From an uncultured Clostridia bacterium (GTDB lineage: Bacteria > Bacillota > Clostridia > TANB77 > CAG-508), in NCBI GenBank assembly GCA_947630065.1, contig CANRGE010000001.1, positions 18,840 through 82,839 of the forward strand: 64,000 bases of DNA, given 5' to 3'. The notes beneath the pieces are model-generated. The model worked only from the letters and a program-made list of their open reading frames with translations, was not told where the DNA came from and searched no databases. A program made the translations under genes and the position numbers. Positions 1 through 10,400 of this stretch are shown here, in pieces (position 1 is the first letter of the stretch; every line of letters starts with the position of its first letter).

Positions 1-110
1 CATATAATCCAGTATGTATTTTTTCCATTTTTGTCATCATTCATATCTCCTTATAGCAAGAAACAAATAATCAATTTTTTATCGCCGTATTCGATGCTTT
101 TGCTTCCATT

Positions 111-647
111 TTAAATAAGCCTTTCGCCATCTGCTGTTAAATAATAATCTCCATTATCATCAATTTCTAAGCAAATTTGTGGAGTAATTATAATTTCCTC
201 ACCATTGCCTTTAATGTGTATACTTTTTATACTATAATTTTCGCCATAGTTGCGAATAACATTATAGTCTGTGCCGAACCTATTGTTAACATTGCTGTAA
301 CGGACGTAATATTTAGACTTACTACTTTTCCAATTTGGAATATAATCTGAACAATACATATCATAAAAACGTTCTGTTTTTAATAAAAACTTAATTTTTT
401 CAAGAACTTCATTTGCACGTTCTTCTGTATGAAAATAATCATTATTTTCAAAACATGAAATGTCATAATCAGTATGTTCTTCACAAGTTTTAGATATATC
501 AAGCTCACCACCTAAAATACGTAGATAATAGTAATATTCTCCAATGGCTTTACGTCTAAAATCAGATTCTTCACTCTGTTTAATTTCTTTTTTTAATTCT
601 TCTAAAGTCTGCTCAATTTGTTTTATTTTCTCTTCTATTTTATTCAT
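111..647 (-). CDS. hypothetical protein, tandem paralog 1 (N-terminal coiled coil)
   Basis: Intact 178-aa ORF with a GGAGA RBS. Shares the block NNxYFHTEERAxExLxKIxFxLKxE...CxDYxPxW with the genes at 794-1288 and 1281-1778. Confidence 0.6.
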   Translation of the reverse strand: MNKIEEKIKQIEQTLEELKKEIKQSEESDFRRKAIGEYYYYLRILGGELDISKTCEEHTDYDISCFENNDYFHTEERANEVLEKIKFLLKTERFYDMYCSDYIPNWKSSKSKYYVRYSNVNNRFGTDYNVIRNYGENYSIKSIHIKGNGEEIIITPQICLEIDDNGDYYLTADGERLI

Positions 648-688
648 AGTATTTCTCCTTTTAGTATTTTATTTTTCTTTACAATATA

Positions 689-717
689 ATTATATCATAA
701 TTTTTTGAAAATTTCAA
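689..717 (-). promoter_or_regulatory. sigma70-type promoter, conserved family copy 1
   Basis: Minus strand: -35 TTGAAA, 17-nt spacer, TGaTATAAT extended -10. About 35 nt upstream of the ATG at 647. Confidence 0.6.
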
Positions 718-793
718 ATATTTTATTCTTACAAATGTATAGTAACTGGTTAAAAAATTCCTACTTTTATTTTTAAAAATTCACAGGCATAAT

Positions 794-1288
794 TTATTCT
801 GCTTGCTATCTTCTAAAATCTTCATTTAATTTATCACAAATAATTTGTGCTGTTTCTCTATTTGGGAAATATACTCTTAAAATACCTCTATTCTTACAAT
901 CCCAATCTATTTTAAATCTTTTCCTTTCACTGTCATAATAGATATAGTATTTCGCCGCCTCTGAATCCCAATTAGGATAATAATTTGGACAATAAGTATC
1001 ATAATATTTTTCTAATTTTAGTAAAAGATTTACTTTATTTGCAACCTCGGCGGCACGTTTAGAATTAGTAAAATAATTATTGTTATCAAAATATGTAGTA
1101 ACATCATTAGTATTTAACCTATAATTATATATCTTGCCAGTATGAGGCTAAGATTTTATTATAAAGAATTGATTTTCAATATTAGGTTGAACTACAAAAT
1201 CTTTATCAAATTCCTTAAAATTTGATTCTGAAATACTTATTTTTTGTTTAGTCTATATAATTCTTTCTTCTAACTCTCTTTTATTCAT
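794..1288 (-). CDS. hypothetical protein, tandem paralog 2 (164 aa, 3 in-frame TAG)
   Basis: Missing from the ORF track because of TAGs. Read-through gives MNKRELEERII(TAG)TKQK...NNNYFTNSKRAAEVANKVNLLLKLEKYYDTYCPNYYPNWDS...NEDFRR(TAG)QAE then TAA at 794. The ATG overlaps the stop of the upstream paralog. Confidence 0.55.
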
Positions 1289-1778
1289 TTGCTATCTCAT
1301 TATTTAATTTATCACAAACTTGTTGAGCAATTGCATAAGATGGAAAATATGTTTTTACATGATGACAAAAAATAGTACTACTATTTACTTTAAATTTTTT
1401 TATTTCAGTGTCATAAGAAATACCATACTTATCTTCATCGTAAGAACTCCAATCTGGTTCATAATCAGGACAAAAGGTATCTTTATAACATTCAAGTTTT
1501 AACATAAAATTGATTTTCTTCAAAATTTCCATAGCTCTTTCTTCTGTATGAAAATAATTATTACTGTTAAAAAAATGTTCATCATAACTATAATTTTCTT
1601 TCCTTCTATCAATATAAAGTCCCGTGTCATCTGCACAAAAACAATAATAAAAATTATCAAGTGGCACATGATTAAAACTTGGTTCTTTAATAGTAGATAA
1701 TTCTTTTTCTAATATTTGTATTTTTTCTTTTAATTCATTTAATTCTTTTGTTATATTATCTATTTTTTGTATACTCAT
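1281..1778 (-). CDS. hypothetical protein, tandem paralog 3
   Basis: ORF 1281-1799. Preferred start is the ATG at 1778 (MSIQKID), preceded by GGAGGA. Same C-terminal motif family. Confidence 0.6.
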   Translation of the reverse strand: MSIQKIDNITKELNELKEKIQILEKELSTIKEPSFNHVPLDNFYYCFCADDTGLYIDRRKENYSYDEHFFNSNNYFHTEERAMEILKKINFMLKLECYKDTFCPDYEPDWSSYDEDKYGISYDTEIKKFKVNSSTIFCHHVKTYFPSYAIAQQVCDKLNNEIANE

Positions 1779-2475
1779 TATTATCCTCCATTTTAGCATT
1801 TTCTATTCTTGTTTTAGCAACCTAAAAATATTTTTCATTTAATTCTATTCCAATAAAATCTCTGTTAGTATTTATACAAGCAATACCTGTTGAACCACTT
1901 CCCATACAATTATCAAGAACAACTTCTCCTTCTTGTGTATAAGTTTTAATTAAATATTCAAGTAGTGGCACAGGTTTCTATGTTAGGTGTAAAGAACCTC
2001 TACATACTTTAGAATATTTTAATAATGTAATAGGTTGTTTATATTCGTAGGTTTTTTCATATTTTTTTCCTATTTCTTGCTGTTTTATAGGATAGACTTC
2101 CGTAGGTTTATTACCACCTTTTTTAATAGGCTTATCTCTTTTTATTAACTAAGGAAAATAAGGCAGACGCCCCTTAGAAAACACACTAATAGTTTCTATC
2201 TAACGCATAGGTTGAATTTTTGCGTTGACCATTCCACTTGGAATAACTTTATCCCAATACCAATCATATTTATAATTTTTTAAATTTGATATTCTAAGTT
2301 TACTACTGAATGGTTCACTACCAAAAAGAACTATTGCAGTATTCTTTTTTACTATTCTATTGTATTCAGTCCATAAAGGTTCAAAAGGTATTACATTATC
2401 CCATTTACAAGAAATCGTGCCATAAGGCAAATCACACAATATCATATCAATAGAATCATCTGGTATCATTTTCAT
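1756..2475 (-). CDS. DNA methyltransferase (N4/N6 family), 4 in-frame TAG
   Basis: Starts MKMIPDDSIDMILCDLPYG (DPPY-like motif). Read-through continues ...SLHLT(TAG)KPVPLLEYLI...VVLDNCMGSGSTGIACINTNRDFIGIELNEKYF(TAG)VAKTRI, ending at TAA 1756. The TAG at 1978-1980 sits where the paralog at 27190-28119 has Q in HPTQKP. Confidence 0.8.
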
Positions 2476-2523
2476 TAGTTCTAAACAATCTCCTCTTAAT
2501 AGCTACAATAAATCATCTCCTTC

Positions 2524-2832
2524 TTATTCTTTTTTAATATTATTATAATGTTTTTCTATTCTCTTAAAAACATTATCAGCAGTTAATTCACCTACTACAC
2601 TATCAATTTCATATTCTTCATCAGTTAATAATCCCATGATTTCTATTAAATCTTTTTCATGTCCATAAGAAAAAAAATGTTGAACTGCACTTAAAATTCT
2701 ATCAGTTTCATTTGGATAAAGAACCTGAAAACCATCATAAATACAATTAAATTTATAAGGTATTCCTGCCTCAGATAACATCTTAGCAAGTTTATATATT
2801 TCAGTATATTGATTTTCTTTAAAATCTTCCAT
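2524..2832 (-). CDS. hypothetical protein
   Basis: Intact 102-aa ORF, GGAGA RBS, TAA stop. Confidence 0.5.
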   Translation of the reverse strand: MEDFKENQYTEIYKLAKMLSEAGIPYKFNCIYDGFQVLYPNETDRILSAVQHFFSYGHEKDLIEIMGLLTDEEYEIDSVVGELTADNVFKRIEKHYNNIKKE

Positions 2833-3330
2833 TATTTATATCTCCTTTTAATTAACATTTTATATTTTATTTTGTCACTTCATACAATTCTTAATAATTT
2901 CTTTTAATGTACATTTTTTATCAATTAAATAATTTCCTTTTCCTTCCAAAATATCATTCAATACTTTTTCTAAATCATCAATATGAATATCCGTTGTACT
3001 TGCTATATTTTTTTTCGTTCAGTTTAAAATCAACAGTCACAAGATTCATTACATCTTTGCCTTCCATATCCATAATAACAGTATTTTTATAATTATCATA
3101 ATCAGGGTCTTTTGTGATTACAACAGCCACTTTTCTATATATCCATCAAGTGTGATATGCTCATTTGACCCCATATCTTTTATTATATTTTTCACTTTTT
3201 CTGTTAGATAATTTTGCATTGTAACCTCCAATTTAGACCTTTTATTAAATTTAATTTATTAGATTTTTGTTTAATAATATACTTTTATAAAAGTTTATCT
3301 TTAATTTTATGATTTCTATAATTAAAATAA

Positions 3331-3552
3331 TTATAATATTTCAATTAACATTGCTTCAATTTCATCAAAACGACTATCACGTTCTTTTTCATTGCTAAAA
3401 TCTTCTTCTACATAAGATGTAGAAACTGAACCATAGTCAAAAATAATTTGATAAACAATTTTTTCAAATTTAGGTACTTTATCTTTTTCAATATAACAAA
3501 CTCTATCAAGATTTACAAGCGTTCCATTATTTAATTTAATCCATTTTTTCAT
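3331..3552 (-). CDS. hypothetical protein (73 aa)
   Basis: ORF 3331-3636. Preferred start is the ATG at 3552 (MKKWIKLNNG), preceded by GGAGGA. Confidence 0.5.
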   Translation of the reverse strand: MKKWIKLNNGTLVNLDRVCYIEKDKVPKFEKIVYQIIFDYGSVSTSYVEEDFSNEKERDSRFDEIEAMLIEIL

Positions 3553-3595
3553 TCTAATTCCTCCATTATTTTTATTAGATTTCATTAACATTTTA

Positions 3596-3925
3596 TTATT
3601 CTTTAACATAATTTGATAACTCATCAAAATAATCATAAGATGTTTTAAAACTATTTAATTCATTTTTTTCAATCAATTGAAAAAATACAACTCCTTTATA
3701 TTCAACACTAATACAATAGTAATCACCATTTTCTTCTAAAATAAAAGGAGCGTCAGTATTAAGTCGAACTTCTTGTATTCCTGATGCTAAATGTACTCTT
3801 GGCATATTTTTTTCTACACTAAAAGATATAAATTTTATACTATTATCAAAATCCTTATATAATTTTGCATTAACAATAGACAACTCGACCAATTGATTTA
3901 ACAAAGAAACATTTTCGCTATTCAT
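3596..3925 (-). CDS. hypothetical protein
   Basis: Intact 109-aa ORF with AAGGTAAGG RBS. Confidence 0.5.
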   Translation of the reverse strand: MNSENVSLLNQLVELSIVNAKLYKDFDNSIKFISFSVEKNMPRVHLASGIQEVRLNTDAPFILEENGDYYCISVEYKGVVFFQLIEKNELNSFKTSYDYFDELSNYVKE

Positions 3926-4086
3926 ATAATACCTTACCTTTCTAAATCACAATAAACATCATTACTATCCAACATATATTCTACCCAATCTCTTATATCA
4001 TAGATACACTCTGTATCTATCCATTTTTTATAGTTTCTATATAAAGAACAATACAAAGACTTTTTATCTCGAAAAAATTTATGTAT

Positions 4087-4440
4087 TTAAGGATAAAAAT
4101 GTTTAAATTCTTTTTCTTCAATACCATAATATTCCTTTATTGTTTTAACTAAGTCGTCCCAATTCATGTTTGCCGCCGCAGCATAATCTTCTGGGTATGG
4201 TTCATACATAGTAAAAAGATTTTCTCCTGTATAATTCAGTTTTTCTAAAAGAATACTTTGTTTATCATAATCAGTAAGAATATCAAACTCTGTCAAAGTA
4301 TAAACTGTTCCTATATCGTTATCAATATGCAAATAGATATAAGTAGTAAATTGTATTATATCTTTTGTCGCCTCTGCTATAATTTGAGTCAAATCTTCTA
4401 AAACCTTATCATAATTTTTTAATATATAAATTTTTTCCAT
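4087..4440 (-). CDS. hypothetical protein
   Basis: Intact 117-aa ORF, AGAGG RBS, family promoter upstream. Confidence 0.5.
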   Translation of the reverse strand: MEKIYILKNYDKVLEDLTQIIAEATKDIIQFTTYIYLHIDNDIGTVYTLTEFDILTDYDKQSILLEKLNYTGENLFTMYEPYPEDYAAAANMNWDDLVKTIKEYYGIEEKEFKHFYP

Positions 4441-4472
4441 AGCAATACCTCTTTCTTTTTCTTTATAATACT

Positions 4473-4501
4473 ATTATACCATAAATTTTTTAAAATTACA
4501 A
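4473..4501 (-). promoter_or_regulatory. sigma70-type promoter, family copy 2
   Basis: Minus strand: TTGTAA, 17 nt, TATAAT. Confidence 0.55.
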
Positions 4502-4542
4502 ATATTTATTTTAAATATTATTCTATGTTTTTATTTTTTATT

Positions 4543-6225
4543 TTAACTAATTGACTACTCTGTAGTAGTCAAACCTAACATTACTTTATTTTCAAGATAA
4601 TAATTACTATTACTTACGGTATCACTATAACTTGAAATTCCCTCAAATTCTTCAACTAATTGTTTATTATCATTGTCGAGGTCTTTATATTGTTTTGTAC
4701 CATAATCGTCAGGGAGGAAGCCCTTTTTACGTCCTGCAAAAATGTTCCATTTCTTTAGCAAATCTTCATTAGTAAACCATATGTGAATAGTACCTTTTTT
4801 CATAAATTTTGCATCAAAAAATGCTCCATGAACTTTTTCACCGTCATAACCATTTCTACTTATATTCCTTAATATTGTACCAATAGTTTCTCCTTCTCTA
4901 TAACCACCATTAAGATAAGTTAAGACTTTTTCAATTTCATCAAGCATATCAGTTGCTTTATACAAGCTCCAACCAAATACATTTTCATAGATTCCATAAC
5001 AAGGAATTATGATTTTCTTATTTATCTTATATGCTTTATTAGTACACCACGAATTATAATAATGTATATTTCCAGATTTCATCTGACTATGTTCGTAAGT
5101 AAGTTTATCAAACTGCTCCATAATAGCTACTTCCAAATTACTATTTATAGATTCTACCAAATATATTTGCATAGTCTTTATGTTGTCTAAATTAAAATCA
5201 TAATTTCTTAATTTTTCCATGTTTCTTTGAAAATATGCACGCGTATTTTCTGTTAAATATTTAGAAACATCATCACTCTTAAAGAAAATATTCCAATATT
5301 TAGCACGTAATTCTCTAAGATAAAGATTTTGAATAGAATAGTTACTTGAATTTTCTTTTGTTAGAACTGTCATGTTTATAAGTGGCGATTCACTATGTGA
5401 CGAGCGCGGCAAAATATTTACAAATCTATTATAATTATCAAGCAAACTCAATCCTATTGTACATTCTTTATTATATTGGTCTAATATAATTTTTATAACA
5501 TCATTAACGGCAAGCTGATAATTGTTAGTCATACTTTCATATTGACTTTTATACTCTTGTGCTCTATGCATTTTAGAAAAAACATCAAAATCATATTGAA
5601 TCATAGGAATATCAACATAGATTAAAGCAATTTCAACTTTAGTGGTTCTTTCACTATCAACAAAAGTATCTGATAAAAACCCTATATCAGCTCTATATTC
5701 ATTTAATTTCTTTACAAGCTCTTTCCTTAATATACTATAAGGATTCTTTATAGTTTCAGCATTTAATATACAAACTATTTGTCCACCTGTGCGACAAAGG
5801 TTTAATGCTTTCATTAAATGCTTATCACCCTCTGAAAAAGGAGGATTCATAGCTATCAAATCATAACGAGTATAAGTATTCCACTCTAAAAAATCAGCAA
5901 CATTAACACTATAGTTATTATCTCTTAATATTGCCGCAAGGTTAGGGTCTATTTCAACACAATCTATAAATTTTATTTTTGATTTAACTTTTTGCAAAAT
6001 TTCTTTTTTTTCTGACTCTGTTATAGTTCTATCTAAATCTAATTTTTCAATCTTTTTTTGTTTCTTATCAAGCTCATTCTGATACAGATATTTATAAATT
6101 CCATCAATTATATCACCCTTGCCCGCAGATGGTTCGAGCATTGAATTAACTTTAGTCCAATCAACTTTTGCCGCCATTTTCATACTAAGACTTTCAGGTG
6201 TCGGATAAAATTGTATTCCAAACAT
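4543..6225 (-). CDS. N6-adenine DNA methyltransferase-like protein with long C-terminal domain
   Basis: Motif I LEPSAGKGDII and motif IV LIAMNPPF. The track ORF ends at TAG 4555. Read-through adds 4 codons (Q-S-I-S) to TAA 4543. Confidence 0.75.
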
Positions 6226-6260
6226 ATTAAACCTCCAAAAGCATTTTATTCTTTATATAT

Positions 6261-6289
6261 ATTATATCAAAAAAAAGTAGAAGAATCAA
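6261..6289 (-). promoter_or_regulatory. sigma70-type promoter, family copy 3
   Basis: Minus strand: TTGATT, 17 nt, TGaTATAAT. The -35 lies inside the inverted repeat gtagaagaatca/tgattcttctac. Confidence 0.6.
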
Positions 6290-6322
6290 ATATTTTTATG
6301 ATTCTTCTACTTCTCACTTTAC

Positions 6323-6820
6323 TTAATAAAAATAACAGTCACTACAATCTTTAACTTTTCCATCTTTTGAAAAAGTCCAACATTTTTGATTTAAACTTCC
6401 TCTTAATTGTGGTGTTTGTACATGAAGATTTTTATTGTATTTTCCATCAATTAAGAAATCTATACATTGTCTTTCCTTTTCGTTTAATTCTAATTGTGCT
6501 AATGTGAATCCTGTGTATACTACAATTTTTATATGGGGTAAATCATTACGAATCTTTTTAAGTAAGTTAAAAGAACTATTACGATTTTTTTCTGATAATG
6601 GTTCACCACCAAGTAATACAAAATAACCAATATGTGGCTTTTTTAAGCTATCACATATCACTTTATAAGTGTTATCTGTAAACTCTTTGCCGCAATTATA
6701 ATCCCATAATTCAGGATTAAAACAACCATCACATTTATTATCACAGCCACAAACCCATAAGGTTGTAGAATATCCATGACAATTTCCAGTATCATATGTA
6801 ATAATTTTGGAATATCTCAT
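6323..6820 (-). CDS. nrdG: anaerobic ribonucleotide reductase activating protein (radical SAM)
   Basis: CGCDNKCDGC (CxxxCxxC) and GGEPL motifs. Lies directly downstream of nrdD. Preferred ATG at 6820 after GGTGAG. Confidence 0.85.
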   Translation of the reverse strand: MRYSKIITYDTGNCHGYSTTLWVCGCDNKCDGCFNPELWDYNCGKEFTDNTYKVICDSLKKPHIGYFVLLGGEPLSEKNRNSSFNLLKKIRNDLPHIKIVVYTGFTLAQLELNEKERQCIDFLIDGKYNKNLHVQTPQLRGSLNQKCWTFSKDGKVKDCSDCYFY

Positions 6821-6824
6821 TTTT

Positions 6825-7412
6825 TTACTCACCAATTTCTAAGCCTGTGTGCTTAACTCTTTCTTCAACTTCAGCTTGTTTGCCTTCGTTGAAAGCAGTT
6901 TTATAATCTCCTGTTAAATCATTTTTATAATGGACTATTTCTTGCTCCGTAGAGCGTGTGTGTTTAGTCTCTGCATTTAGATAAGTGATATCATACATCA
7001 AAATCTTTTTTCTCTTTGCTTTTAAACGACTTCTTGCCGCCTCAAAAGTAAGAATTGTTGTTTGAGATATGTGCCGCGCCGCAGCAGCATAACTTTCAAA
7101 ATAAATATTATTAAGTAAGACTGGTTTCTTTTGACCTATATAGCGTAAATTTCTATAATCGTTATTATAAATGTTGCCATCAATATGACTAAGCTTTTTG
7201 TTCTGTAAATACTCACCTAACCAACATTCAGCAACAATTTTATCAATCATTATTTTTTTAGATTTTATAAAGCCAACATAACCATTTTCTTCTAACTTAA
7301 TTTTAATTTGTTTTTTTGATTTTACGTTTCTTAAAATTGTTCCATTCTCATTAACTTCATATAAAAATTTTAATGATTTCACTTTTCTAAACTCAAGGTT
7401 TGAATTATTCAT
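6825..7412 (-). CDS. HNH homing endonuclease encoded in nrdD intron 5, reading in frame into exon 6
   Basis: FLYEVNENGTILRNV (NUMOD4-like) and HIDGNIYNNDYRNL (HNH) motifs. GGAGG RBS. The last roughly 31 codons are the nrdD C-terminus, with a shared TAA. Confidence 0.7.
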   Translation of the reverse strand: MNNSNLEFRKVKSLKFLYEVNENGTILRNVKSKKQIKIKLEENGYVGFIKSKKIMIDKIVAECWLGEYLQNKKLSHIDGNIYNNDYRNLRYIGQKKPVLLNNIYFESYAAAARHISQTTILTFEAARSRLKAKRKKILMYDITYLNAETKHTRSTEQEIVHYKNDLTGDYKTAFNEGKQAEVEERVKHTGLEIGE

Positions 7413-10400
7413 CTCTTGATACCTCCATAGTCATTTTTTTATTTCTGTACCTTAATAGGACACCAACTATGGAAACTTCTTTTAAAAGAATTTACACAAC
7501 TTTAGGGGCATTTCTTTAGGAGATATTAGATAACCCCGTCACTCTTCTTAATCTCTTTATATTATTGCCGCCACATTGTGGACAAGCTGCAATAATTTCT
7601 CCCGTATATCCACAATCATCACATAAGTCATTCGGCACGTTTATAGCAAAATAAGGAATATCCTTATCCATTGCATAATTAACAATTTCTTCCAATGCGT
7701 TTATATTGTTTTGAAGATTGGTGTCCATTTCTACATAAGTTATACAGCCTGCTGAACTATAACCTGTGAGCTGACTTTCTATGTCAATTTTAGTGAAAAG
7801 GTCTACCTTTTCCCACACAGGAACGTGCATAGAATTTGTGAAATATTTATGGTCACTTACATTAGGAATTTCACCGTATTTTTTCTTAAATTGTTTCATT
7901 GCTGTAAAACAAAGATTTTCTGCCATTTATACCCTCGGTTTCCCGATATTTCTTAGGGGATTAGACTATATTTTCATCTAATATTCCCATTAGCGAAATA
8001 TTAGAGCCTTATCTTTCGCCGCAAGGCTACTCTACTCATTTATTCACATAAGAATTTCTCTCATGTTATACTTTCGATAGTCGTTAGAGAACAATGTTGT
8101 CCTACGGGATTAGCTTGCCATTTAGGTTTAGCCTTTCTTACCAACTTATTACGTTTGCCCGTTTAATAAGGTTTGTCATTATAGTTACCTATAAAGCTCC
8201 CAACAATTTTTAGGAGTATAATAAACACCAAAATTCAGCTTATATTCATTCTTAAATTGTGTACATCTATCTTTAAATAATTGTTCAATTCTTTTTGCTA
8301 AAACCATTCCTTTTTCATGAGCTTGATTAGTTTCGATAAGAATTTCAAGAGTTTCAGCAAGACCTAATTGCATTTATACCCTCGGTTTCCCGATATTTCT
8401 TAGGGGATTAGACTATACCATAGATTAACTAATCTCAACCATTATAGTCGTTGAAGCTTCTTCTCAAAGAGAAGTTTGCCTGCGTTTGATTGTCCAATCT
8501 TTGATGATTTTACCATACTGTTTCCGTTACTAAACACCACAGTAGCGTCACCGCGACTGCTTGGTTATCAAAGCTCTAAGGAGTTCCCCGCAATTTCGGT
8601 TGTTTAAAGTGAGCCAATTTTTTAACCCACCGCAAGTGTACCATGAATAAGAGCTGACCTAATTCCTTGTTCTGGTATGTAACCTGCCATTAAGCCATTC
8701 TCATACATAAATCTTGCACTTTCCATAGGTTGAGAGCATATCCACTCAAACCTTTCAATCAACATATCTTTTGCTTCATGAATTTTTTTATCAAGTAGCT
8801 CCATAAAATCTTCTACTAAATTATTAGAACCACTTTCTTTTACTTCCATGGCTAAAGTTGGTAATATAATGGTTACTGGACAAATGTTTCCTCGTCCATC
8901 TTTAAGTTGTCCTAAACCATTTATATCCCAGCCATTAGCTGTTCTACACGTGTTTATCTTATGTCACCATAAGCACTGACTATATGTTCTCTTACTAAAT
9001 AAGAGCCTCCCGCTTGGGGTTAGTGCCTATCTCTAACCCTACTCTGCTACACTCATCACAGATAGTCGATACATTTTATTTTTCATAATACTAAGAAATT
9101 TTTTTAAGAATATTACAAAAAATCTTAACACGGTCTCAGCTTTACTTAATAAAGTCCTAACCGTTAGCCTGTTTATACAGACACCCGTTGGCACGGTTCA
9201 AGAGGTTTTAAATGGGCTAAGTTTACGCCTACCCATTGTACTAAATTCTGTTTTAGGGTCGTCTGGGTCATACCCAGCATTACCTGTCCAATCTACATTA
9301 GCATAATTGGGATATAATCTCAAAGCCGTAGATTTTAAGGCTAATTTAAATAAATCATAATTTGGGTCGCCCTCATTACGATTGATTCCTTTTTTACACT
9401 TAAAAATGCCACAAGGAAAAATACTTGTTTTATGAAATTTCCCTACACCATTTATTGAACCCTCTATTAAAGATTTGATTACCATACGTCCTTCAAGAAG
9501 TGTGCAAGTTCCATAGTTAATTGAGGTGAACGGTCGGTTATGTTATCGTAAAGGCTTTTTATCCTTTACTTCTTATAGTTTCCTATAAGCCCAGCATACA
9601 TTTTCATCTTCGTCATTACACGTTAAGAGTCGAACACTCGTGGGTAGATTATATTTATTCACTACCTATGCGTTACGGTGTCTTTTAGCCTTTCGCTATC
9701 TAAAAGATTACCTCGGTGTTATCATATTTTAACAAAAATTGTGATATTGTAAAAAATTATTATATATATCTTTTTTACGAGTAAGATAAATTGTTGAATC
9801 ATTATATATCCAATCCCCTAAAATTTTCATATCTTTAGTACTTGCAACTTTTATTTCACTTAAATGTCTATCTTTATAATCACGAATTTTTGGTTGATGG
9901 CTTAATTGTAATTGTTCATATATATATCTTGCTATATCGTCCATTAGTTGATGAGTGCCACAAAAATGAATATATTGATAATAACGTCTATTATACTATT
10001 TTGCTGCTATACTTCCATCGCCATCAAATATTCCACGAATAAGATGAGACATTAAATTATCATCTATTTTTGGCAAATAAGTATGTAAAGTTTTTCGTGA
10101 GATTACACCGTATTTTTCAAGGTCTTTTGCCATAACATTACTGCGTACTGCAATTGTTTCACAACCTCGTCCATCGCAGTTTACAGAGGTATTTGCTTGC
10201 AAAACTTCTTTAAATTTTTCAAGCATATATCTATCTTTTTGCTATAAAGTAATAGATATAGATGCTTGCCTTCTACTATTTCTGTCTATAAAAACATTAC
10301 CATCTGTAATTAACAACCCTAAAAAATAAGCGGCAATTTCATTATCTATTGTTTGAAAAAAATGTTCTTTTAGGTTAGGATTATATAATTTTGCTTTAGG

